Position numbers and translations under genes: made by a program. 64,000 nt of DNA. It comes from Oscillospiraceae bacterium (GTDB lineage Bacteria; Bacillota; Clostridia; Oscillospirales; Oscillospiraceae). Shown in pieces: positions 1 through 8,508 of the stretch. Positions within the stretch are counted from its first letter, which is position 1; every line of letters starts with the position of its first letter. The notes under the pieces were generated by a model, which was given only the letters and a program-made list of their open reading frames with translations, did not search any database and was not told the origin of the DNA. The DNA lies in NCBI GenBank assembly GCA_017416325.1, contig JAFQCV010000006.1:72844-136843 (forward strand). The letters run 5' to 3'.

Positions 1-384
1 AGGACTGCCCAAAACCAAAGAACCTGCTGGGGCATGAATCTTTCCGGTTACCAAAGTGCCTGCGCCAACCAAACAGCCATCTTCTAATACGGCGCCGTTT
101 AAAATAATGGCGCCCATGCCGATGAGGCAGCCGTCGCCAATGGTGCAGCCGTGGACGATAGCGCCGTGTCCAATGGTGCAATTCTTTCCAATCGTGATTT
201 TCTCATGCAGCACACAGTTGTCCTGAATATTGGTGCCGCTGCCGATCCGGATCGCGCCGGAGTCACCACGAACTACTGCGCCGTACCAAATGTTAACATC
301 TTCCGCCAGGATCACATCGCCTACAACGGTTGCATTGTGTGCCAGATATGCGCCCTGTATGCATGGCTTCTTGATTCTATCCAT
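1..384 (-). CDS. gamma-carbonic anhydrase / YrdA-like hexapeptide-repeat protein (3' end truncated by window edge)
   Basis: Manual translation from ATG at 384: MDRIKKPCIQGAYLAHNATVVGDVILAEDVNIWYGAVVRGD...GTNIQDNCVLH...TIGHGAIVHGC...IGMGAIILNGA; GGAGG RBS upstream. Not in the ORF track because it has no stop in the window. Confidence 0.9.
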   Translation of the reverse strand, partial: MDRIKKPCIQGAYLAHNATVVGDVILAEDVNIWYGAVVRGDSGAIRIGSGTNIQDNCVLHEKITIGKNCTIGHGAIVHGCTIGDGCLIGMGAIILNGAVLEDGCLVGAGTLVTGKIHAPAGSLVLGSP

Positions 385-526
385 AATGTTCCCTCCAATA
401 TTTTCATTATCATATCATGTTACATCTGTAAATGCAAGGATACAGGAACTTAATGAATTATTTATATACAGGTACTTTTCGAAAAAACAAAACTGTGCTA
501 CAATACATGTAAAATGAGGTGAAATT

Positions 527-1180
527 ATGGGAAAATGCATTATTTTCTGCGCAGGTGGATTTGATAGCCTGTATGAGCCTATTGCGCCGGAAGATCTGGT
601 GATTGCTGCGGATGGGGGGTTACGCCACACCCAGGAGCTGGGGGTAGAACCGGGGGTGATTTTGGGAGACTTTGATTCCTTGGGCTACGTTCCCCGGGGG
701 AGTAAGGTATTTCCTTGTGAGAAGGATGATACGGATGCTATGCTGGCAGTTCGCTGCGGACTGGAGGCAGGCTGCCGGAAATTCATCATCTATGGTGGTG
801 TGGAAGGCCCTCGCCTGGAACACACGGTTGCAAACTTTCAGACGCTGCTGTTCTTGGCAGAACAGGGGGCTGGGGGTTTTCTGATCGGTCAAAATCAGAT
901 CGTTTCCGTTCTTTCACCCGGTGAAATGATATTCCCGAAAACAGCAAAAGGATATCTGTCAGTATTTTGCCTTGGGCAGGATGCAACTGGCGTATCTTTG
1001 GAAGGTGTAAAGTATCCTATGACTAACGGGACATTAACCGCTGGTTTCCCGTTAGGTGTCAGCAATCGTTTTTTGGGAACCGAAGCGCGCATCCGTGTTC
1101 AGTCAGGCTGCTTGCTGGTGATTTGGGATCGTGCAAACGGTTTGCCGCAAGTTGATGCTGAGAATGAAATTTACCTCTAA
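527..1180 (+). CDS. thiN: thiamine diphosphokinase
   Basis: IAADGG, GDFDS, EKDDTD, G-R-x-(D/E)H and LGVSN motifs of the TPK family; 217 aa. Confidence 0.9.
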   Translation: MGKCIIFCAGGFDSLYEPIAPEDLVIAADGGLRHTQELGVEPGVILGDFDSLGYVPRGSKVFPCEKDDTDAMLAVRCGLEAGCRKFIIYGGVEGPRLEHTVANFQTLLFLAEQGAGGFLIGQNQIVSVLSPGEMIFPKTAKGYLSVFCLGQDATGVSLEGVKYPMTNGTLTAGFPLGVSNRFLGTEARIRVQSGCLLVIWDRANGLPQVDAENEIYL

Positions 1181-1192
1181 GGAGGCGCATTT

Positions 1193-3622
1193 ATGGGGAA
1201 AATCATAAAAAAAGCACCGCCCCCAACTCAAGAAGTTCCGGTTTTTATAACGGATCCGGAAACAGGGCTGGACAAAACTGCTGTTTTGCTTCGCCAGGAA
1301 TCCGGCTTGTCCAATGGAATCCACCAGAGCGCGACCCGCACGGTAAAAGAGATTATTGCTGAGAACCTGCTTACATTTTTTAATCTTATTTTTGTGGTTC
1401 TTGCTGTGCTTCTAGTCATTGCCGGCTCTTCGGTGAAGAATATGACGTTCTTAATTGTGGTGGTGTGCAATATCGCCATTGGCTGCTATCAGGAGATCCG
1501 AGCCAAGCGTGCGGTGGATAAGCTGACGCTGGTTGCTGCGCAGCAGCTGAAGACCATACGGGAAGGTAAAGTAGAAGTCATTCGTTCTGACCTGCTTGTC
1601 AGGGATGATATCGTTGCGTTTATGCCCGGCGATCAAATCTGTGCTGACGCAATAGTTTGTACTGGTCGCCTGCTGTTAAATGAGGCGCTGATTACCGGTG
1701 AAGAAGATCCGGTAGAAAAACTGCCGGGAGATATTTTGCGCTCCGGCAGTTTCGTGGTGGCTGGCAGTGGGCGTGTCAGGCTGACACAGGTGGGTGCGGA
1801 TGCCTACGCAGCCCGCCTTGCTGCTGAGGCAAAAGCAGATCCTCACGCGTCCAAGTCCGGCATGATGCTTTCCCTGGATCGTCTGATCCGTGGCGTAGGT
1901 ATTATTCTGATCCCCGTAGGCTTGTTTTTGTTTTACCAGGAGTTTAAGGCTTTGCAGCTGCCTTTCCGGGATAGTGTGGAAGCAACAGTTGCAGCCTTGG
2001 TTGGTATGATCCCGGAAGGCCTCTACTTGCTGACAAGTGTGGCTATGGCGGCATCAGCTTTGGTGCTCGCCCGGCGAAAAGTATTGGTTCAAGATATGAA
2101 CTGCATTGAGACATTGGCGCGTGTGGATGTTCTTTGTGTGGATAAGACCGGAACTATCACGGAAGCGGTCATGCAGGTGGAGAATGTAGTTCCTCTTACC
2201 AAGGACCCTCCGGAGCGCCTGGAGAAGATTCTTGCGGCGTTCTATTCAGTAGATACTCCGGAAAACGACACCGCCCGGGCAATGTCAGAAATGTTTGCAC
2301 AGGAAAATGATTGGACCTGTACCCGTCATATCCCGTTTACATCGGAGCTGAAATGGAGCGCTGCGGCGTTTCAGGGCCATGGCTCATTTGTTGTGGGCGC
2401 TCCCGAGTGTATCCTTGGGGAGCGGTTTGAAGAATATAGGTCAGATGTGGAGCAGTGGGCAGGTACCGGATACCGTGTGTTGATGGTTGCCCAGTATGGG
2501 GCAGACCTTTCAGAAAGCTTGGAGCCGGGAAAACTAAGTCCTTTGGCGTTAGTGCTGCTGACGAACCGTATTCGCAAAGAGGCACCGGATACTTTTCGGT
2601 ATTTTGCGGAGCAAGGTGTTTCTGTGAAGGTAATATCCGGAGATGATCCGTTGACGGCTTCTGAAGTTGCCCGCCGTGCCGGGATCCCCAATGCAGACTG
2701 TTATATAGATGCGAAGCTGCTGCAGACGGACGAAGACTACTTAAATGCTGTTGAGAAGTATACGGTCTTTGGCCGTGTGACCCCAGATCAGAAAAAGCGG
2801 TTGATTCAAGCCTTCAAAAAACGCAAGCACACTGTTGCTATGACCGGTGATGGTGTGAATGATGTATTGGCCTTGAAGGAGGCTGACTGTGGTATCGCTA
2901 TGGCTTCCGGCGCACAGGCTGCTACCCAGGTGGCACGAATCGTTCTGTTAAAGTCGGATTTTTCTGCAATGCCGGGCATTGTGGATGAAGGTCGGCGGGT
3001 GATCAATAATATCCAACGAGCCGCAACGTTGTTTTTGGTGAAGAACATTTTCTCTCTGGGTCTTGCGCTGATTTCCTTGTTTACCATCTGGCCGTATCCG
3101 GTGGAGCCCATCCATCTGACAATGATTTCTGCATTAACCATTGGTGTCCCATCTTTCTTTCTGGCAATGGAACCCAATTTTGAGCGGGTCAAGGGGAGAT
3201 TTCTCCGCGGAGTGCTGCGGCGCGCCTTGCCGGGTGGCTTGACCAATATTTTTGTGGTTTTAATGGCACAAGCTTTTATGGCTGTGTTTGGCATGGAAGT
3301 AACAGAAATATACCCGGTCTGCGCGGCAATATTAGGTATCGTGGGACTTTTGGTGCTGTTTCAGACCAGCAAGCCTTTCGATAAATTCCGGCGCATCATT
3401 TGGTTTGCTATGGCGATTGCGTTAGCAGGCTGCTTTGCGCTTTTGCCGGGGCTGTTTGAATTGAGAATTGGCAGTTGGCGCACGGGTCTTGTGATGCTGG
3501 TGCTGATCCTTATGACCCCAACGGTGTTCTTCGCGTTGCAAAGGATATGCGATTGGTCTGATAGAGTAATTGTTGCGATGATTCGCAAGTACCGCAAGAG
3601 AAAAAGAAAACAGCGTATATAA
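1193..3622 (+). CDS. cation-transporting P-type ATPase (CtpE-like)
   Basis: TGE, PEGL, DKTGT phosphorylation motif, SGD and GDGVND; multiple TM helices. Confidence 0.92.
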   Translation: MGKIIKKAPPPTQEVPVFITDPETGLDKTAVLLRQESGLSNGIHQSATRTVKEIIAENLLTFFNLIFVVLAVLLVIAGSSVKNMTFLIVVVCNIAIGCYQEIRAKRAVDKLTLVAAQQLKTIREGKVEVIRSDLLVRDDIVAFMPGDQICADAIVCTGRLLLNEALITGEEDPVEKLPGDILRSGSFVVAGSGRVRLTQVGADAYAARLAAEAKADPHASKSGMMLSLDRLIRGVGIILIPVGLFLFYQEFKALQLPFRDSVEATVAALVGMIPEGLYLLTSVAMAASALVLARRKVLVQDMNCIETLARVDVLCVDKTGTITEAVMQVENVVPLTKDPPERLEKILAAFYSVDTPENDTARAMSEMFAQENDWTCTRHIPFTSELKWSAAAFQGHGSFVVGAPECILGERFEEYRSDVEQWAGTGYRVLMVAQYGADLSESLEPGKLSPLALVLLTNRIRKEAPDTFRYFAEQGVSVKVISGDDPLTASEVARRAGIPNADCYIDAKLLQTDEDYLNAVEKYTVFGRVTPDQKKRLIQAFKKRKHTVAMTGDGVNDVLALKEADCGIAMASGAQAATQVARIVLLKSDFSAMPGIVDEGRRVINNIQRAATLFLVKNIFSLGLALISLFTIWPYPVEPIHLTMISALTIGVPSFFLAMEPNFERVKGRFLRGVLRRALPGGLTNIFVVLMAQAFMAVFGMEVTEIYPVCAAILGIVGLLVLFQTSKPFDKFRRIIWFAMAIALAGCFALLPGLFELRIGSWRTGLVMLVLILMTPTVFFALQRICDWSDRVIVAMIRKYRKRKRKQRI

Positions 3623-3647
3623 GTTTTTAGGATAGGGAGGTAGCAGT

Positions 3648-5009
3648 GTGCTGACTTATGAACTGAAAAAAGCGCCCGGAGTACCTCTATATGAAGCTCT
3701 TTACCGCTGTTTACGGCAATCTATTTTGTCAGGTGAACTGGCGCCGGGAGACAAATTGCCTTCCAAACGTGCCTTAGCTGCCCATTTGGAGATCAGTAAA
3801 ATTACTGTGGAAACAGCATACAGCCAACTTTTGGCGGAAGGTTATATCCGTTCCCACGAAAAGGTAGGGTATTTCGTGGAAAAGGTGGCTCATCCGCAAC
3901 AGCTTCCACACACTCAATTTTCTGAGAAAGAACAGACGGAAAGCTGGCCGTTGGATCTGACTGCCAATGGACCTGCCCATTTTCCTTTCTCTGTATGGAA
4001 CCGCCTTCAAAGGGAAGTTATGCAGGAATATGGTCACCGGTTGCTGCAGACACCACCGTATCAAGGGTATTTTGGCTTGCGGCAGAGCATCGCAAGACAT
4101 TTGGCGCAGTTTCGTGGTATGCATGTAGATCCGGACAATATTATTCTTGGTGCGGGGACTGATTTTTTATATAATTTACTGATCCAGCTGCTGGGCAGAG
4201 ACCGTATTTATGGAACAGAAGAACCCGGTTATGATAAAATACGGAGAATCTATACTGCCGGCGGCGTGCGGTGTGTGGGTGTACCCATGGATGACCAGGG
4301 AGTTGTCAAGAATGGATTGCGGGATGTAGATGTGCTGCATATTTCACCTTCCCATCATTTCCCAACAGGGCTGGTGATGCCTATGGGCCGTCGTATGGAA
4401 CTTTTGGAGTGGGCGCGGGAGCATGATAGCTATATTATCGAGGACGATTATGACAGCGAATTTCGTTTCCATGCCCACCCTATGCCTGCGATGCAGACCT
4501 TGGACAGAAATGGACGGGTAATCTACATGAACACCTTTTCCAAAACCTTAGCGCCGTCCATTCGAATCAGCTATATGATTCTTCCGAAGGCCTTAGGAGA
4601 GGTTTTTCGACAGAAGTTAGGTTTCTATAGCTGCACTGTTTCCGCCTTTGATCAATATACACTAGAGCGATTTTTGAGCCGTGGGTACTTTGAAAAACAC
4701 ATTAACCGTATGCGCCGATTCTATAAGACAAGACGGGATCGGGTGATGGATGTGCTGCGGTCCTGTGATTGGTCGGAAAACGCGGAAATTTGTGAAGAAA
4801 ATGCCGGCTTGCATTTTTTGCTCAAGGTGGATACACAGCTTTCAGATGGAGAGCTGGTATCAAGATTTGCCGAAGCCGGAGTTCGCGTGCGGACTTTAAG
4901 CAGTTACTATGGCAGCAGTGCTCCGCATGAGAAGGAGAAAACGTTAGTTATCAACTATTCTGGACTTCAGGAAGAAGAACTTGATCGACTGAAGACAGTC
5001 AAGCTGTAG
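3648..5009 (+). CDS. MocR/GabR-family (GntR HTH + PLP aminotransferase-like) regulator
   Basis: N-terminal GntR wHTH (LPSKRALA...TVETAYSQLLAEGY), IIEDDYDSEF, and TFSKTLAP with the PLP lysine. Confidence 0.92.
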   Translation: MLTYELKKAPGVPLYEALYRCLRQSILSGELAPGDKLPSKRALAAHLEISKITVETAYSQLLAEGYIRSHEKVGYFVEKVAHPQQLPHTQFSEKEQTESWPLDLTANGPAHFPFSVWNRLQREVMQEYGHRLLQTPPYQGYFGLRQSIARHLAQFRGMHVDPDNIILGAGTDFLYNLLIQLLGRDRIYGTEEPGYDKIRRIYTAGGVRCVGVPMDDQGVVKNGLRDVDVLHISPSHHFPTGLVMPMGRRMELLEWAREHDSYIIEDDYDSEFRFHAHPMPAMQTLDRNGRVIYMNTFSKTLAPSIRISYMILPKALGEVFRQKLGFYSCTVSAFDQYTLERFLSRGYFEKHINRMRRFYKTRRDRVMDVLRSCDWSENAEICEENAGLHFLLKVDTQLSDGELVSRFAEAGVRVRTLSSYYGSSAPHEKEKTLVINYSGLQEEELDRLKTVKL

Positions 5010-5025
5010 TGCTCAGTATTATAAA

Positions 5026-5063
5026 AGCAAACTCCCTCAACCTTTTTGGCTGAGGGAGTTTGC
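5026..5063. terminator. intrinsic terminator hairpin between convergent MocR regulator and gltX
   Basis: gcaaactccctca-(loop)-tgagggagtttgc inverted repeat with A/T flanks. Confidence 0.75.
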
Positions 5064-5077
5064 GATATTTACTGAAT

Positions 5078-6724
5078 TTAAGTTAGTGTAGACAGAACCT
5101 GACGGATTCTTTGTTCTGTGCGCTCCTTACCCAGGATCTGCATCACGGTGTAAAGATCCGGAGAATTTGTTTTGCCGGTAACAGCTTGGCGGATAAAGGT
5201 GGATACATCCGCAACATTACCTGAGTAGGCAGAAGGATCTGCCTTATACGCCTTCATGTCAGTGGTAAAGCCGATCTCCTCCGTAATGGCTTTGACCTTA
5301 TCAAACCAGGCGGAGGAATCGTCTGCAGGATCGTAGGTTTTCAGGAATTTTTCCAGGACAGCACGAATCACGGAAGGCGCAAAAGCGCTGGCAAAATCGG
5401 GAAGCTCCCAATATTCGTCATAGAAGAAGCCCATGTACGGTTTGGCTTCCTTCCAGGTGGCCAGATCTTTTCTGGGCTTCTTTCCACCACGGCCAATGGC
5501 CAGAATTGCCGTAGCAAAGGCGGGATCTTCGTTTAATTTTTCTGCAAACTTGGGATCAAATTCAGCTGCCCACGCAACAAGGAGCTTGAAAACTTCTTCT
5601 GCGGACATTTTGGAGATCACATTTTTGGAAACATCCACAAGCTTGGCGTAGTCAAACAGAGAACCGGCAGGATTCAGCTTTTTGGGGCTGAACTGGAAGG
5701 TATCCATGTCAGCATCGCTATTCGCTCTGCGCCAGTCTTCAAAATTGGAGTTAAGCACGGTCATTAAATACTCCCGCATAGCCTGCACAGAAAAGCCTTC
5801 CGCTTTATAGTAAGTCAGGGCAAGCTCGGGGTCCTTACGTTTGCTCAGTTTACGCTTGGAGCTGCCGTCCATCTTCATCAGCGGTCCAATGTGGACATAC
5901 TTGGGAAGCTTAAATCCGAGGGCCTTGAACAGCTGAATGTGGAATGGCAGGCTGGGAAGCCATTCATCGCCCCGTACTACATGAGTCGTGCGCATTAGCT
6001 GATCATCAACTGCATGGGCAAAGTGATAGGTGGGGATGCCGTCAGACTTCAGCAGAACATGGTCTACATCATTTTCGGTGATAGTCAGCTTGCCTTTGAC
6101 CAAGTCTTCAAATTTAAATTGGTTTTCAATGGAGCCTTCACTGCGGAAACGCAGGACCCAGGGGTTACCGGCATCCAGCTGTGCCCGGACATCTTCTATA
6201 GAGCGGTCACGCCAGATGGCATACTTGCCGTAGTAGCCGGTGGTTTCCTTGTTTGCTTCCTGCTGCTGACGGATAGCGGATAATTCCTCTTCGGTGCAGA
6301 AGCAGGGGTAGGCTTTGCCTTCACTGACCAGCTTCTTTGCGAATACATGATAGATCGCGGCTCTTTGACGCTGCCGGTAAGGACCGTATAGTCCGTGATC
6401 GCCTTCGTGAGTCGCACCCTCGTCAAAATGAATACCGTAGTGCTTTAAAGTGTCGATCAAAATTTCTACGGCACCGGGAACTTCCCGTTTGGCGTCGGTG
6501 TCTTCCACACGAAGAAACAGAACGCCGCCGGTTTGGTGCGCCATGCGCTCAGAGATCATGCCCTGCACCAGATTACCCAAATGGACAAAGCCGGTGGGAG
6601 AGGGGGCCATACGGGTGACAACAGCGCCTTCCGGCAATTCCCGGCGAGGGAATTTGGCTTCGATATCCTCGGGGGTTTCGGTGACCTGCGGAAACAGCAA
6701 TTGGGCAAGTGCCTGATGGTCCAT
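5078..6724 (-). CDS. gltX: glutamate--tRNA ligase
   Basis: RMAPSPTGFVHLGN (HIGH), LRVEDTD, PTYHFA...D...THVVRG and KLSKR (KMSKS) motifs. Confidence 0.95.
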   Translation of the reverse strand: MDHQALAQLLFPQVTETPEDIEAKFPRRELPEGAVVTRMAPSPTGFVHLGNLVQGMISERMAHQTGGVLFLRVEDTDAKREVPGAVEILIDTLKHYGIHFDEGATHEGDHGLYGPYRQRQRAAIYHVFAKKLVSEGKAYPCFCTEEELSAIRQQQEANKETTGYYGKYAIWRDRSIEDVRAQLDAGNPWVLRFRSEGSIENQFKFEDLVKGKLTITENDVDHVLLKSDGIPTYHFAHAVDDQLMRTTHVVRGDEWLPSLPFHIQLFKALGFKLPKYVHIGPLMKMDGSSKRKLSKRKDPELALTYYKAEGFSVQAMREYLMTVLNSNFEDWRRANSDADMDTFQFSPKKLNPAGSLFDYAKLVDVSKNVISKMSAEEVFKLLVAWAAEFDPKFAEKLNEDPAFATAILAIGRGGKKPRKDLATWKEAKPYMGFFYDEYWELPDFASAFAPSVIRAVLEKFLKTYDPADDSSAWFDKVKAITEEIGFTTDMKAYKADPSAYSGNVADVSTFIRQAVTGKTNSPDLYTVMQILGKERTEQRIRQVLSTLT

Positions 6725-6872
6725 AACGATTACCTCTTGTTCTTAAAAATTCTTTTTATACTATACCATTGGATGGGATTCTTGTCAATTTTCTTGTGTT
6801 TTTTTGCCTTTATGTTTTACAGTCAAAAAACGGGATATCCTACTAAAAGAAAAAATTTTGGAGGTAAGAATT

Positions 6873-7586
6873 ATGCAGGAAAATAAAGACGCACAAATGA
6901 AAAAACAGGAGCAGGAACAGGTGATAGAACTTGGGTCTGACATTACGAAAGGGAAAAATGGCAATATCTATACCTTAACGATCATTGGACAGGTTGAGGG
7001 GCATCAGATCGCGCCCGAGAATATTAAAACGACAAAGTATGAACACGTTCTGCCACTTCTGGCAGGTATCGAAGAGAGTGATGATATCGACGGTCTTCTG
7101 TTGCTTTTGAATACGGTTGGCGGTGATATTGAAGCTGGACTTGCCATCGCACAAATGATTGCCGGCATGAAGAAACCCACAGTCTCTTTGGTTTTGGGCG
7201 GCGGTCATTCCATTGGGATTCCCTTGGCGGTTTGCACAAAGAAATCCTTTATTACCCCTACAGCCAGCATGACTGTCCACCCGGTAAGAATGACAGGCCT
7301 CGTTGTTGGCGCTCCCCAGACTTTCCGATATTTCCAACGGATTCAGGAGCAGATTGCAGATTTTGTAACGGCAAATTCCCGTATTTCCGGAGAAGAATTC
7401 GAAAACTATATGATGGCAACCGGAAAAATGGCGACGGATGTAGGTACGATTCTTTATGGTAAGGAAGCGGTTTCCTGCGGCCTGATCGACCGTTTAGGCG
7501 GGATCAGCGATGCACTGGCAGCGCTGCACAAAATGATTGAAAAGGGAAATAAGGGTCGTCAAGCAGGCAAAAATAACAATCTTTAA
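6873..7586 (+). CDS. tepA: ClpP-like translocation-enhancing protein TepA
   Basis: KTTKYEHVLP, NTVGGDIEAGLAIA, GGGHSIG and HPVR motifs; position upstream of spoIIIE. Start moved to ATG 6873 after GGAGG. Confidence 0.85.
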   Translation: MQENKDAQMKKQEQEQVIELGSDITKGKNGNIYTLTIIGQVEGHQIAPENIKTTKYEHVLPLLAGIEESDDIDGLLLLLNTVGGDIEAGLAIAQMIAGMKKPTVSLVLGGGHSIGIPLAVCTKKSFITPTASMTVHPVRMTGLVVGAPQTFRYFQRIQEQIADFVTANSRISGEEFENYMMATGKMATDVGTILYGKEAVSCGLIDRLGGISDALAALHKMIEKGNKGRQAGKNNNL

Positions 7587-7666
7587 GGTTTTTTTAGATA
7601 CGGGGTGGAAATTTCAGAAGAAATATGTTATGATAACATGAACATTTTTATGGGAGGAGGGACTGC

Positions 7667-8494
7667 ATGAATTCTGGCGTGCTCCAAAGCCTTTTATACG
7701 GTTTTATATCCGGATTAACAGAATTTTTGCCTGTTTCCGCTGAGACCCATCGAATGTTCTTCACGCAGATGACGGGAATGTATCCGGAACCGCCCCTTCT
7801 TCGGTTGTGTGTGCGGCTGTTTTCTGTGCTGGGGCTGCTTTTGGCGTGTCATAACACCCTTTTGCGTATGCGCCGGGAGCAAAAATTATCGTTAATTCCT
7901 GCCCACAGGCGCCGAAGAAAACCGGATGCTGCGGTTTTGCTCCAGCGCAGAATGGTGATATCTACCGCGATTCCACTGGTATTAGGCCTTTTGTTTACGG
8001 TACGGTGTGCAGCATTGTCTAATCTTTTATGGCTGCAAGGTGTGGTCCTGATCCTCAACGGGCTGATTCTTTATTTTCCGCAATTTATGCTTCGCGGCAA
8101 TAAAGATGCCCGTGCCATGTCCGGATTCGATTCCTTACTGATTGGCCTTTCCGGCGCGCTGTCTGTGCTTTCCGGGTTTTCCAGAATGGCAACCATGGTG
8201 TCCTTTGCCAGAATGAGGGGGGCAGATAAAGGCTTTGCGGTGGAACTTGCGTTGCTTTTATGTATTCCGGCGTTGCTGTGTTTGTGCTTGCTTGATTTCT
8301 TTTTGCTGATTTCAGCACAGGCATCGCCGGGATTCCTGCAGTGCCTGTCAGCATCTGCTGCGGCTTTTGCAGGGAGTTATCTTGGTATATATGTAATTCG
8401 ATATTTTGGTAGAAGGCCGGGCTTTACTGCCTTTGCCTATTATTCTTGGGGCGCGGCGCTGCTGGCGTTTGTCCTGTATCTGACGATTATTTAG
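7667..8494 (+). CDS. undecaprenyl-diphosphate phosphatase (UppP/BacA) family membrane protein with degenerate catalytic motifs
   Basis: GLTEFLPVS..H and GFSR motifs, hydrophobic profile, C-terminal FAYY. Confidence 0.75.
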   Translation: MNSGVLQSLLYGFISGLTEFLPVSAETHRMFFTQMTGMYPEPPLLRLCVRLFSVLGLLLACHNTLLRMRREQKLSLIPAHRRRRKPDAAVLLQRRMVISTAIPLVLGLLFTVRCAALSNLLWLQGVVLILNGLILYFPQFMLRGNKDARAMSGFDSLLIGLSGALSVLSGFSRMATMVSFARMRGADKGFAVELALLLCIPALLCLCLLDFFLLISAQASPGFLQCLSASAAAFAGSYLGIYVIRYFGRRPGFTAFAYYSWGAALLAFVLYLTII

Positions 8495-8508
8495 TGGGAG
8501 GTTTCCAT

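Noticed and set aside
385-526. TPP riboswitch upstream of thiN
   Set aside because: AT-rich divergent promoter region without the CTGAGA / ACCTG core.
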